Shown here: positions 17,094-27,391 of the stretch, piece by piece | Position numbering within the stretch: the stretch's first letter is position 1 | How the letters are laid out: every line of letters begins with the position of its first letter | NCBI GenBank assembly: GCA_002688415.1 | Contig: NZCX01000009.1 | Span: forward strand, 1 to 36,533 | Length of the DNA: 36,533 nucleotides | Source of the DNA: Candidatus Pacearchaeota archaeon | GTDB lineage: Archaea > Nanobdellota > Nanobdellia > Pacearchaeales > GW2011-AR1 | Direction of reading: 5' to 3' | Program-made: the position numbers and the translations under genes | The notes under the pieces: model-generated | Told to the model about the DNA's origin: nothing | The model's database searches: none | What the model saw: the letters and a program-made list of their open reading frames with translations, nothing else

Positions 17094-18812
17094 ATGAAGA
17101 GTGAGATCGTAGATTTTGTTAATGAAAATAGGCTATCTCCTTTTAATTCCCCTAAAACTTTAGTAAAAAGGGACGGTTTCTCTATCTATAAAACAGGAGA
17201 TGCGAAGAAAATTCATAGGCAGGTTTTGCAAGTTCTTTCTAGGAGGTTTGTTTTTGAGGAGACGAATAACTTATGGAACTTTTTTCGGTTTACAAATGAA
17301 ATTGACGAGATATTAAAAAGACAAGAATTCTTTAAGGGGGTTTTAAACTTGGACAGAGATTATTTGAATGAATTAACTCACCCAAGAAAAACATGGTCTC
17401 CAGATTACAACATAGTGGTTGTTACAGAAGATGAAGCTACTTTTGTCGAGCTACAGAAGCTTTCCTGTCCTGTTCAGCTGATAGTGAGTGAGAATGATGT
17501 TGTTGATTTGGATAAATATGATGTTGTGCAAGTTATAGACTGTGAGACATACGGGAATGTTATCAGTAGATTGCCACAAAGTGTCCCAATTAATAGCGTC
17601 GAAGATGTTTATCTTGAGAGATATTTGGAGATTTTATCTTCATGGAAAGATAATTTCGGAGTTTTGGATGAGAAATCTTCTGGGAGACTTAAAGAGATAG
17701 TAAATGATTTGAAGGAGTTATTCTTATTGATTGATACGAAGAAGAACAAGATTATTACAGTTGAAGAAGTTGAGAAAATCTTGGAAGATATTAATGAAAA
17801 AATTAATGGGAAACTAAAGGAACTAACAATTTCTGGAGAATCCCTGGTAAAGATCTTGGCAGAAGGCAAAATCCCCGAAGATTTTGAAAAAATTATTCAG
17901 AATGCGCTAGAGATGACAGATTTGCCAGGAAATGTTTTTAGTTTTAAAATTCCTGTTGAAATTGATTATTCAGAGCTTGACAAATACATTCATCTAAAGA
18001 GTGCCACGGAGTTTACCAATCTTTCTGAGAAGATAAAATCATATGCGGAAAAGCTTAAGATGGTTCCGGAATACCTCAGAGAGTTGGAGGTTGAATTGTT
18101 GCTTGAAGACTTTTATTCTGGCTTGCAATCTTATCTTTCCGAAGAGAAATCGTATCTAACTTTGTCTGATAATTTCCATTTTAACCAAGCGAAGAATTTG
18201 TTTTTGAGCTCTCCACAGCCAGTTGACTTTCAGTTAGATAGTTTTTCTAAATGTTCTATTCTTACAGGAGCCAACAGCGGTGGAAAGACAACGTTAATTG
18301 AACACATTTTGCAAAACATTAGTCTGTTCAATTTGGGTCTACCCGTATCTGGAGAAGTGCATATGCCTGTTTTTGGTGATGTTTATTACTTCGCTAAGAA
18401 TAAGGGTAGTGCAAGTAAGGGTGCTTTTGAGACTTTGTTAACTCAAATGTCTGAGATTAAATCAGAAGGAGCTAATACTCTTATTTTGGCGGATGAAATC
18501 GAGGCCGTAACAGAGCCAGGAGTAGCAGGGAAGATTATAGCTTCGACAGCAGAATATTTCATAAAGAAGAATTGTTTCTTAGTAATTGCTACTCATTTGG
18601 GTTATGAAATTCAAGAATGTTTACCGGAAGGGGCAAGGATTGATGGCATAGAGGCAAAGGGACTGGATGTGAATTTCGATTTAATTGTAGATCACAATCC
18701 TGTTATGGGAAGACTGGCCCATTCTACTCCCGAGCTAATAGTCGAGAAGATGGCTTCCGTTAAAGGTGGTGAGTACTTCGAACATCTTTGGAATACGATG
18801 AAAAAGAATTAA
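17094..18812 (+). CDS. MutS-family ATPase (archaeal MutS5-like, domain V only recognisable)
   Basis: ILTGANSGGKTT Walker A, GAFE, LADEIEAVTEPG Walker B region, ATHL and STPELI. No mismatch-binding domain or Smr domain recognised. Confidence 0.85.
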   Translation: MKSEIVDFVNENRLSPFNSPKTLVKRDGFSIYKTGDAKKIHRQVLQVLSRRFVFEETNNLWNFFRFTNEIDEILKRQEFFKGVLNLDRDYLNELTHPRKTWSPDYNIVVVTEDEATFVELQKLSCPVQLIVSENDVVDLDKYDVVQVIDCETYGNVISRLPQSVPINSVEDVYLERYLEILSSWKDNFGVLDEKSSGRLKEIVNDLKELFLLIDTKKNKIITVEEVEKILEDINEKINGKLKELTISGESLVKILAEGKIPEDFEKIIQNALEMTDLPGNVFSFKIPVEIDYSELDKYIHLKSATEFTNLSEKIKSYAEKLKMVPEYLRELEVELLLEDFYSGLQSYLSEEKSYLTLSDNFHFNQAKNLFLSSPQPVDFQLDSFSKCSILTGANSGGKTTLIEHILQNISLFNLGLPVSGEVHMPVFGDVYYFAKNKGSASKGAFETLLTQMSEIKSEGANTLILADEIEAVTEPGVAGKIIASTAEYFIKKNCFLVIATHLGYEIQECLPEGARIDGIEAKGLDVNFDLIVDHNPVMGRLAHSTPELIVEKMASVKGGEYFEHLWNTMKKN

Positions 18813-20332
18813 GCTATCCCAAATCTTCCTAATACTTCCTGTGGATTTTTGTAGTATTCATTAATTGTTCTTTGGACGTCTTCATAGTTTTTAATTCCCT
18901 GTTGATACATTGCGTAAAGAAGCTTTGTTCTTAAGGTGAATTCTTGCTTAAGTTGCCCTAGTGGGACTCCGGTCTTTTCTGCAATTTTATCGAATACGAT
19001 CATTTTATCCATAAAATAAAATTGATCATCAGACGGGTTCCATCTTATTGGAGTGTTTGTTAGTGCTGAGCCATCTGGATTTACGTTAGATATCTCGGTT
19101 ATTTCTCTTAGCCTTCTAGTCTCGTATTTGTTAATAATTGTGTGTGTCATTATCGCAACTGCATCTAAGCTATTAACTAACATCGGGCTAAGGGATATCG
19201 GGGGGGTTTGAAGCCTCTGTATTAAAGTCTCAACCGAATCTGCATGCAGAGTTGATATCGAAGCGTGCCCAGAAGCCATTCCTTGGAATAAAACCGAAGC
19301 TTCCTTTCCCCTAACTTCTCCAACAATAACATAGTCGGGGTTTTGCCTGAATGATCCCTTTAGTAAGCTAAACATATCGACATTTCCGATTTCTTGATTG
19401 GATACACCAGTTCTAACTACAGATGGAAGCCAATTTTCTCTAGGAAGGTTAAGCTCTCTTGTGTCTTCAATCGATACCACCCTATTCTCGGGTGGAATAA
19501 AGAAGGCCAACGCATTCAATAGTGTTGTCTTTCCGGAAGCTGTCCCACCGCAAACCATGAGGTTTCCTTTGTTTTCTAGCAAGATCCAGAAGTATGCTAA
19601 AATCTCGGGGCTAACGGTTCTAAATTCTATTAGTTGTATTGGCGTCCAAGGAACTTTTGTAAATTTACGGATTGTGAATGTTGGGCCTTTCGTTGTTATG
19701 TCTTTCGTGTAGGTTGCATTTACTCTTGACCCGTCAGGAAGAGAGCCATCTAATATTGGTGAGGCGTATGAAATGTATCTTCCTGTCTTTTGTGCAAGCT
19801 TTTCCACGAATCCAGCGAGGGATTCCATCGAATTAAATTTTACACTAGTTTTAAGATTTCTAAACATCCTGTGAACTATGTATATTGGTTCTCCGATCCC
19901 ATTGCATTCAATATCTTCTATAAAATAATCTTTCATAATAGGATCAATTTCATTTAGTCCAATAAAATCCCTATACAAATAGTAGAATATTCTTTGGAAT
20001 ACTTTTTCGTCAAGGCTTATGCTTAGTTGGCTGATTACCATTTTTGCGGTTTTCTCAATGTAATTTATAAGATTGTCCTGATTCTTTTCATCAAATAAGT
20101 TTATGTTTAGGATTTCTCTCATTGACTGCTTTATGCTCGACAAGCTCTCTTGTTCTTTTTCCGTAAGCAAGGGCTCTTCGACCTCATATACTAGTTCACT
20201 TTTCTTGCTATCCCAATAAATATGTACGGAAGAAAAAGGAGCAATAACCATATATCTAACATTTATCTTGGTTTTGTCCTCCATCTTTTCTAGGCTTGGA
20301 ACGCGAGGATTTGGATTAATGTTGGTTGCCAT
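18809..20332 (-). CDS. type II/IV secretion system (archaeal pilus, FlaI/TadA-like) ATPase
   Basis: LPDGSRVNAT, FTIRKF, GGTASGKTT, SIEDTREL, RQNPDYVIVGEVRGKEA and GH...STLHA. Confidence 0.95.
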   Translation of the reverse strand: MATNINPNPRVPSLEKMEDKTKINVRYMVIAPFSSVHIYWDSKKSELVYEVEEPLLTEKEQESLSSIKQSMREILNINLFDEKNQDNLINYIEKTAKMVISQLSISLDEKVFQRIFYYLYRDFIGLNEIDPIMKDYFIEDIECNGIGEPIYIVHRMFRNLKTSVKFNSMESLAGFVEKLAQKTGRYISYASPILDGSLPDGSRVNATYTKDITTKGPTFTIRKFTKVPWTPIQLIEFRTVSPEILAYFWILLENKGNLMVCGGTASGKTTLLNALAFFIPPENRVVSIEDTRELNLPRENWLPSVVRTGVSNQEIGNVDMFSLLKGSFRQNPDYVIVGEVRGKEASVLFQGMASGHASISTLHADSVETLIQRLQTPPISLSPMLVNSLDAVAIMTHTIINKYETRRLREITEISNVNPDGSALTNTPIRWNPSDDQFYFMDKMIVFDKIAEKTGVPLGQLKQEFTLRTKLLYAMYQQGIKNYEDVQRTINEYYKNPQEVLGRFGIA

Positions 20333-20333
20333 T

Positions 20334-20837
20334 CTAGTTTATGTTTTTAATGTCGATTGTTTCTCCCTCGTTCTTTACTATAAACTCGTATGCAGTTGAC
20401 GTTTCTCTGAATTCTTTTATTGTCTCTTCTCCATCATACGTTAGGTTCAGATTTAACGGAAGGACAATGGTTACTTGCCAAGGATTCTCTTTTATTGTTG
20501 TTATATTTAGGGTCCCTTCTTCGATTGATAAATTTAGCTCACTATATTTATATCTTGAATCCATTACCCAGGTGAGAGAATCTTCTTCGGGGTTTATTTC
20601 TAGACTTCCCTTTTCTATATTTACAAAAAACTTCCTTTGATTCCCGGGTGCAGTTTTCACGCTGTTTATTTCCTGGTTAATTGTCTCTAGAGATTCTTTT
20701 ATTTGGTTGATTAAACTTTTGTCTTGAGATTCTTCTATCCTTGGTTTTATTCCTGCGATTAGTAGCCCTATGATCGTTAGCCCAATTAAAGTATAGGTCA
20801 CAGTTTCAACCCACACCTGTCCCCTCTTTTTATTCAT
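20334..20837 (-). CDS. pilin-like protein with class III signal peptide
   Basis: MNKKRG/QVWVET followed by a hydrophobic helix. Lies directly upstream of the pilus ATPase. Confidence 0.82.
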   Translation of the reverse strand: MNKKRGQVWVETVTYTLIGLTIIGLLIAGIKPRIEESQDKSLINQIKESLETINQEINSVKTAPGNQRKFFVNIEKGSLEINPEEDSLTWVMDSRYKYSELNLSIEEGTLNITTIKENPWQVTIVLPLNLNLTYDGEETIKEFRETSTAYEFIVKNEGETIDIKNIN

Positions 20838-20932
20838 AGTATTCCTTGTTGAAGGTGATTTATAAAATTATGGTGAGTAGCGTTTGTTTTGTTTTAGATT
20901 AAGCTTAAATACTCTAAAACTTTTTTTAGTTT

Positions 20933-21115
20933 ATGGTAATATATGTTGATGCTCCGAAACCTAAGATTGTGAAGTGTAAGGATTGTGGAAAGGAATTTGA
21001 GCAGAAGGGAAGCGCGCGCTATCCCCGTAAGTACTGTAAGAAGTGCAGTGAGATTCGGAAGAAGGATTACGAAGATCTTTGGAAAGTTAAGGCAGAAGAT
21101 TGTGATGATGCCTGA
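20933..21115 (+). CDS. small zinc-finger protein (CxxC...CxxC)
   Basis: CKDC and CKKC pairs. CTTAAATA (20904-20911) lies 21 nt before the ATG. Confidence 0.75.
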   Translation: MVIYVDAPKPKIVKCKDCGKEFEQKGSARYPRKYCKKCSEIRKKDYEDLWKVKAEDCDDA

Positions 21116-21168
21116 TTGCTGATTCAAATCACACAAAACTTTATAAACCAAAATTTTTATCTTAATCT

Positions 21169-23337
21169 ATGGCAGACATGACAGACAAAGTTAAGGGTTT
21201 ACAAAGGAATCCAAAGCAAATCAGAAATATCGCAATTTGTGCGCATATTGACCACGGTAAAACAACCTTCTCAGATAATTTACTAGCAGGCGCTGGAATG
21301 ATGAGTGAAGAATTAGCCGGAAAAGCGAGAAGTTTGGATTTTCACGATGATGAAGCAGAGAGAGGAATTACAATCGATAGTGCTTCGGTCTCTATGGTTC
21401 ATACAGTCGAAGAAGAAGATTATTTGATTAACTTGATTGATACTCCAGGTCATGTTGACTTTGGTGGCGATGTAACAAGAGCCATGAGAGCAGTTGACGG
21501 AGCTATAGTTTTATCTTGTGCCTCTGAAGGTATTATGCCACAAACTGAAACAGTTCTAAGGCAAGCATTGAAAGAAAGAGTAAGGCCAATTTTATTCATA
21601 AATAAAGTTGATAGACTAATTAGAGAAGTTAAGTTAACACCGGAAGAAATGCAAAAAAGATTTGTTGATATTATTAATTCGGTAAATAAGTTAATTGCAG
21701 AAATTGCTGAACCAGAATATAAGCAAAAATGGCAAGTTAATGTTGCGGATGGTTCTGTTGCATTTGGTTCCGCATTTCATAACTGGGCATTATCTATTCC
21801 ATACATGCAGAAGAATGGAATTACATTCAAGGAAATTATTGATGCCTATGAAGCAGGCGGAGAAGAATATAAGGTTTTAGCTAAGAAGGCCCCAATCCAT
21901 GAAGTTATCTTAAGTATGGTTGTTAATAACCATCCAAATCCGGTGGATGCCCAAGCCTACAGAATTCCAAAGATATGGCATGGAGACTTAGAGAGTTCTG
22001 CTGGTAAGGATTTGACAACTTGTAATATAGATGGAGAAGTTGCTTTTGTTCCGATTAAGATTGTAGTTGACCCACACGCAGGTGAAGTTGCAGCAGGTAG
22101 ATTATTCTCAGGTAAGATTAAGCAGGGAGATGATTTGTATATGAACATTGCTGGAAGAAAAGTTAGAGCTCAACAGGTATCTATCTATAAGGGTGCGCAA
22201 AGGATTCAGTTAGATGAAGTTGTGGCCGGTAATATTGTTGGAGTTGTTGGCTTGAGAGATGTTGTTGTTGGTGAAACAGTTTCACAGAATCCAATTGATC
22301 ATTTCGACGCCATTACACATTTATTTGATCCTGTTGTTACAAGATCTATTACAACAAAAAGAACAGCAGATTTACCGAAGCTGATTGAAGTTTTAAGGCA
22401 AATCGGGAAAGAGGATCCATCATTACATATTGAAATTAACGAAGAGACTGGAGAGTCTTTGATGTCTGGTATGGGCGAATTACATTTAGAGATTATAGAG
22501 AATAGAATTAAGAGCGAAAAGGGATTGGAAGTAGAAATGGGTCCACCAATTATTGTTTATAGAGAATCTGTTTCAAAGCCAGGTAATGTTGCCGAAGGAA
22601 GATCTCCTAACAAGCACAATACATTCTTTATCTCGGTTGAACCTTTGGAAGATTCGGTATCGCAAGCAATCATTGATGGAAATATTCCAGAGGGAAGAAT
22701 GAAGAAGAAGGATAAGAGTATGGATGAGACTCTGGTTGGCTTAGGAATCTCAAGAGAAGAAGCAGGACAATATAGAGATGTTTACCAGGGGAATGTGTTT
22801 TTAGACAAGACCAAGGGTGAAGTTCATATCGGTGAAGTTATTGAGTTGGTGTTAGATTCATTTGAAGAAGTTGTAAGAGCATCTCCTTTAGCTAGAGAGC
22901 CAGGAATGAAGATGAAGATGAGCTTAGTTGATTTAAAATTACATGAGGATGCAATTCATAGGGGTCCGGCTCAAGTTTATCCTGCAGTTAGAGATTCTAT
23001 TAAGGCCGCAATGCAAACAGCAGGTCCTACAATGCTAGAGCCAGTCCAAGTTCATCAAATTGAAGCTCCCACGGATTTTATGGGTGCAGTTACAAGTTTA
23101 GTTTCTACCAAGAGAGGAAATTTAGTTGATGTTCAACAGGATGAAAGCGGAGTTACGGTTAAGGCAGAAATCCCAGTTTCAGAGATGATTGGATGGACAA
23201 GCGATTTAAGGTCCGCAACAGAAGGTCGTGGTGTTTCAAGTTTGGTTAGTCAAAGTTTCAAGAAGTTACCAATGGAATTCCAGCCGAAAGTTATCAAGCA
23301 GATTAGGGATAGAAAGGGCTTGGCTGAGAATCAGTAG
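21169..23337 (+). CDS. fusA: translation elongation factor EF-2 (aEF-2)
   Basis: AHIDHGKTT, RGITI, DTPGHVDF, NKVD and the diphthamide loop HEDAIHRGPAQ. Confidence 0.98.
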   Translation: MADMTDKVKGLQRNPKQIRNIAICAHIDHGKTTFSDNLLAGAGMMSEELAGKARSLDFHDDEAERGITIDSASVSMVHTVEEEDYLINLIDTPGHVDFGGDVTRAMRAVDGAIVLSCASEGIMPQTETVLRQALKERVRPILFINKVDRLIREVKLTPEEMQKRFVDIINSVNKLIAEIAEPEYKQKWQVNVADGSVAFGSAFHNWALSIPYMQKNGITFKEIIDAYEAGGEEYKVLAKKAPIHEVILSMVVNNHPNPVDAQAYRIPKIWHGDLESSAGKDLTTCNIDGEVAFVPIKIVVDPHAGEVAAGRLFSGKIKQGDDLYMNIAGRKVRAQQVSIYKGAQRIQLDEVVAGNIVGVVGLRDVVVGETVSQNPIDHFDAITHLFDPVVTRSITTKRTADLPKLIEVLRQIGKEDPSLHIEINEETGESLMSGMGELHLEIIENRIKSEKGLEVEMGPPIIVYRESVSKPGNVAEGRSPNKHNTFFISVEPLEDSVSQAIIDGNIPEGRMKKKDKSMDETLVGLGISREEAGQYRDVYQGNVFLDKTKGEVHIGEVIELVLDSFEEVVRASPLAREPGMKMKMSLVDLKLHEDAIHRGPAQVYPAVRDSIKAAMQTAGPTMLEPVQVHQIEAPTDFMGAVTSLVSTKRGNLVDVQQDESGVTVKAEIPVSEMIGWTSDLRSATEGRGVSSLVSQSFKKLPMEFQPKVIKQIRDRKGLAENQ

Positions 23338-23517
23338 GGGTGTTCTATATCATAGCAATTTTTATAAAGTCTATTTTCTCAATACATGGACGAGCAAAAG
23401 ACTGCCTTGTATTGTTGAGGAGCCTATAATAATGGAAAGGACAGAGGCGAATTTATCTCCAGCAACTAGAGAGGAGATGGGTTATGACTCCGAAACCTCT
23501 AAACAAAGAGATAGTAG

Positions 23518-24183
23518 GGTGAGGGCGGTTGCACTTTTTTCACACCATCTCAACAAGGATATGCCGAAGAACAAATTGATTTTAGTGTTTATATGAAGGA
23601 TTTGAAGTATGATGATTGTTTTTCCTGTTCATACGAAGTTGATTTATATCCGAATGAGCCAAGCTTAAGTTATTCTGTAGTTGGTTCCGAGATTTCAGGA
23701 AGTTTCATACCGGCTAGAGAGGGGATTTATTCACTAAGATTTAATATTGTTGACGAATATGGAAATTCAGAGGTTAGAAAGTATGCTTATTCGATAGGAG
23801 ATTTGAAAACAGATCAAGTTGATTATTATTTTCGAGATGATTTTCCTGCACATGGTCAGCCATTCATAACAAACGGATTTGATTCTGGCTCTTTATTGTC
23901 GGAGGCTCCAACTTCTCTCGAGGAAAGACATTGTGGCGGATGGGTGCAGTTCTCCCCTGACGAGTTGCCTGATTATTTATTTGGAATTTATAAGCAGATT
24001 GATTTTTCTATATGGTATTCTTCGCTTGAGGATGGTTATTCTGGCGCACAAAGATATGTGACCTATTACGGAATTGATACAGATTTAGATTATAGCCTTT
24101 CAATGGATGCAACATCAATGGCTTTTAAGGAATTCAGTTTTGATGTTAATTGGCCAAGTGATTATTTTTGGAGTTGGTTCTAG
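23518..24183 (+). pseudogene. N-truncated fragment of a large surface protein (first ATG at 23593)
   Basis: The frame is open from 23518 without a start codon or signal peptide. It ends in a stop at the frame switch to the next fragment. Confidence 0.5.
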
Positions 24184-25597
24184 TAACAATAATATCACTA
24201 ATTCTACTTTCTCTAGCGCGGGGTCAACTGAGGTTGGATCACAGGTGTCTGGAGTTCCAGAAATAAATAATGTCTTTCTAAATTGTAGCTATAATAGGTC
24301 CAAAGAAACTGTCGGCTCAGAGGACCAATTAATAAGAAAATGGTATTATAACGCGCTGGTTAATTGGTCAAATGGAACAGTCGCTGAGGGAGCAAATGTA
24401 ACTGCAGTTGATGTAAATGGTATTACAAGGTTTAGTGTCTTGACTGATGCATCTGGAAATATTGCAGAGCAAGAAGTGATATCTTATGTGAACAATGGAA
24501 CTTTTAATGACTATAGCAATTATACTATTATAGCTAATCTTTCAGGGTCGGAAAACGCTACGAGCTCGGTAAATTTTACAGCTCAAGAAAATTATGATAC
24601 TTATTTCACGCTGAATGTTAATTCTCCACCACAAATAAATATTACGTCGCCGTCGAACCAGAATTATACTGCCTCCTCGATCAATTTTAACATCTCATCT
24701 AACGAAGCCTTGTCTTCGTGCGCTTTTAGCCTTAATGGCTTTGTTACAAATTTTTCAATGACATTAAATGGAACAGAAACAGGAGCCGGTTATGCGAATT
24801 CTTCAGTTCCCGATGGAGATTACATAGCAAATTTTTCATGTAACGACACTGCAGGAAATTTCAATTCTACTGAGAGTGTTGTGTTTAGTGTTGACTCAAC
24901 AAGTCCGTCCGTAACAATAAATTCTCCTACGGCTCAAACATATTCAACCAGCTCCTACACGGTCAATATAACGATCAATGAAACTGGATATTGTGAGTAT
25001 AGTTTAGACTCTGGTACAACAAACAACACACTTTCAACTACGGATAATTTAACTTTCAATGCTTCTGTTTCTGGTGCATCGAATGGAGACTATGTTCTCT
25101 GGGCTTATTGTAATGATTCTGTTGGGAATCGAAACGATACGTCAAATATCAGCTTTACTGTCAATGTTGCTTCAGCTAGTCCGGATGGTAATAGCGGAGG
25201 AGGGGGAAGTGGAAGTTGCTCTCCGTCGTCATGGATATGTGGAAATTGGTCTTCTTGTCTTAATGGAACGCAAGAAAGGAGTTGCACTTCTAATTGTGCC
25301 ACAAAGAAAAATGAGACTCGAAATTGTACAATTGTTAATAATGAAGATTCTGGAGACGAATCTTTTGTGGAAAGTCTTATTGAGGGGGGAGAGGATATTT
25401 TAGATTTGGGCAGTAGTTTGTGGGAGAAGATTTGGAATAACAAACTTTTGATTTTGATTCCAGTAACGGCGGCAATTGTTGTATTGGTAATTAGCATTTC
25501 ATGGAAGTTTAAACTTGCTGAAGAAAGAAAAAAGAAGATAAGAAAAGTTCTGGGCGGCAAGGTGTTTAATAAGCTATGGAGCCGATTTAAGTTTTAG
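24107..25597 (+). CDS. C-terminal part of a surface glycoprotein with Ig-like repeats and C-terminal TM anchor (probably the 3' part of a disrupted gene)
   Basis: Many N-x-S/T sequons, PQINITSP/PSVTINSP Ig-like repeats ending CND..GN, a GGGGSG linker, a W.C..WS.C motif, and a TM with basic tail. No credible start. Confidence 0.65.
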   Translation: MQHQWLLRNSVLMLIGQVIIFGVGSSNNNITNSTFSSAGSTEVGSQVSGVPEINNVFLNCSYNRSKETVGSEDQLIRKWYYNALVNWSNGTVAEGANVTAVDVNGITRFSVLTDASGNIAEQEVISYVNNGTFNDYSNYTIIANLSGSENATSSVNFTAQENYDTYFTLNVNSPPQINITSPSNQNYTASSINFNISSNEALSSCAFSLNGFVTNFSMTLNGTETGAGYANSSVPDGDYIANFSCNDTAGNFNSTESVVFSVDSTSPSVTINSPTAQTYSTSSYTVNITINETGYCEYSLDSGTTNNTLSTTDNLTFNASVSGASNGDYVLWAYCNDSVGNRNDTSNISFTVNVASASPDGNSGGGGSGSCSPSSWICGNWSSCLNGTQERSCTSNCATKKNETRNCTIVNNEDSGDESFVESLIEGGEDILDLGSSLWEKIWNNKLLILIPVTAAIVVLVISISWKFKLAEERKKKIRKVLGGKVFNKLWSRFKF

Positions 25598-25637
25598 ATA
25601 GATTTATAAGTTATTTTTAGATATCAATAGTGTGGGT

Positions 25638-25709
25638 GGGTCGGTAGTTTAAAGGATAGAATAAACGGTTTCGGCCCGTTTGATGGGGGTTCAATTCCTC
25701 CCCGACCCA
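25638..25709 (+). tRNA. tRNA-Arg (anticodon TCG)
   Basis: Acceptor stem GGGTCGG/CCGACCC, anticodon arm AACGG-TT-TCG-GC-CCGTT, T-loop TTCAATT. Confidence 0.93.
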
Positions 25710-25760
25710 CTTTTATTTTCTAATCTAAATATTTATATAGGTTAAAGTTTTGGTTCTGAT

Positions 25761-26906
25761 ATGGTTAAAAAAATGAGTGTTGAGGAGAAGTTAAGGATAA
25801 TTAAGAGAAACACTGAGGAGATTATGACGGAAGAAGGCCTGGTAAAATTACTAGACAGTGGGATAAAGCTTAAGCATTATATTGGCTTTGAAATCTCGGG
25901 CAAGCCTCATTTGGGCCATGGACTAGTTTGTATGAGTAAGGTAAAGGATTTTGTTGATTGTGGGATTGAGGTGGTTATTTTCTTAGCAGATTGGCACTCG
26001 TGGATTAATGATAAATTAGGTGGAGATATGGAGGTCATTAAGGATGTCGGAGTGAATTACTTTAAAGAAGCTTTAATCGCAGCGTATAAGTGTGTTGATG
26101 GAAATCCAAAAGATTTAAAGTTTGTTCTTGGTAGTGAGCTGTATCATAATAATGATCGTTTCTGGGAGACAGTAATTGACGTTAGCAAGAACACAACACT
26201 TAGTAGAATACAGAGATCTACTACAATAATGGGTAGAAAAGAGGGAGAGGGATTGGATTTTGCTAAGTTAATTTATCCCCCAATGCAAGTTGCGGATATA
26301 TTTGTACAAGACATTAATATTGCGCATGCAGGACTTGACCAAAGGAAGGCGCAAGTTATTGCGAGAGATGTTGCTTCCAAATTAAAAAGTAATTTTCTAA
26401 AGGACAAGAAAGGAAACAAGATAAAACCCATTGCAATCCATGGGCACCTGATTCTTGGACTACAGAAGCCTCCTGTTTGGCCAGTTCCAAAGGGAAAAAA
26501 GCAAGATTTATGGAGCCAAATGAAAATGAGCAAGTCTATTCCTAGTTCTGCCATTTATATGACTGATGGAGAGGAGGAAATTAGGAAGAAAATAAAAAAT
26601 GCCTTTTGTCCTGAGGGAGAAATAGAATTTAATCCATTGCTTGATTGGGCACAATACCTTGTTTTTATTAATGATAAATCCAAACTAGAAGTAAAACGCC
26701 CAGAGAAGTTTGGAGGGGATGTTACCTATAAAGATTATGAAACTTTAGAGAGAGATTTCTCAGAGAAGAAATTGCATCCAATGGATTTAAAGAACGCAAT
26801 GGCAGATAAGCTGGTTGAGATTATGAAGCCGGCGATGGAGCATTTTAATAACGCTAAACTTCAAAAATACAAAAAAAGAATGGAAGAGTTAATTATTACC
26901 AGATAA
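25761..26906 (+). CDS. tyrS: tyrosine--tRNA ligase (archaeal type)
   Basis: YIGFEISGKPHLGH, ADWHSWIN, YPPMQVADI, GLDQRKA, KMSKS and LHPMDLK. Confidence 0.97.
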   Translation: MVKKMSVEEKLRIIKRNTEEIMTEEGLVKLLDSGIKLKHYIGFEISGKPHLGHGLVCMSKVKDFVDCGIEVVIFLADWHSWINDKLGGDMEVIKDVGVNYFKEALIAAYKCVDGNPKDLKFVLGSELYHNNDRFWETVIDVSKNTTLSRIQRSTTIMGRKEGEGLDFAKLIYPPMQVADIFVQDINIAHAGLDQRKAQVIARDVASKLKSNFLKDKKGNKIKPIAIHGHLILGLQKPPVWPVPKGKKQDLWSQMKMSKSIPSSAIYMTDGEEEIRKKIKNAFCPEGEIEFNPLLDWAQYLVFINDKSKLEVKRPEKFGGDVTYKDYETLERDFSEKKLHPMDLKNAMADKLVEIMKPAMEHFNNAKLQKYKKRMEELIITR

Positions 26907-27315
26907 TATTGAAAAGATTAATAACGGTTGGTGCCAAATAATAACCAACAAAAACACTAATTGTTCCTAAAATTATGCCTTTAATTATTTTTATGCTATT
27001 TCTTTCTATATATAATGAGGAAGCCACCATCAGGGCAAAAATTGCGACAGCGAAAATAGTGAAAATCCTTACATTATAAAACAGTATTGTGAATGCTGCG
27101 AGTATTAAACCACGTGCTATGTGGTCGTCGCATTTAATAAATAAACTTAGAATGAAAAACAACACCAATGCCACCAATAACTGAGCGACGAAATTATAAT
27201 ATGGGGCTATCAAAGCCCTCGCAATCACTAAGATGTAAAAAGCCAAACCCCCTAAAGCGACAGTGTCTCTTGCTATTTCCTGTTTCCAATTCCTGTCCGC
27301 GCCCTTCTTTTTCAT
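26896..27315 (-). CDS. multi-pass membrane protein (PAP2-like N-terminus)
   Basis: Four or more TM segments and an RD..ALGG..FY motif. TATA lies 21 nt upstream. Confidence 0.7.
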   Translation of the reverse strand: MKKKGADRNWKQEIARDTVALGGLAFYILVIARALIAPYYNFVAQLLVALVLFFILSLFIKCDDHIARGLILAAFTILFYNVRIFTIFAVAIFALMVASSLYIERNSIKIIKGIILGTISVFVGYYLAPTVINLFNIIW

Positions 27316-27391
27316 AGAACATCAAGGTAATTTTTATTTATATATTTAGCTGTTGGAGGGATGTTGATAAGATTGAGAAGAGAGCTTATCC

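Noticed and set aside
21169-23337. EF-2 as a divergent paralog or intein carrier
   Set aside because: It has normal length, intact GTPase motifs and a canonical diphthamide-loop His.
23228-23596. 122-aa ORF overlapping the EF-2 3' end
   Set aside because: Its GTG start lies inside fusA and it reads through the intergenic promoter region. Only the distal part may be a gene remnant, which is covered in the scarred-locus finding.
9609-25709. tRNA-anchored integrated element or tRNA introns/split tRNAs
   Set aside because: I saw no duplicated tRNA 3' end, integrase or viral hallmark gene. All three tRNAs are contiguous 72-73 nt genes without introns.
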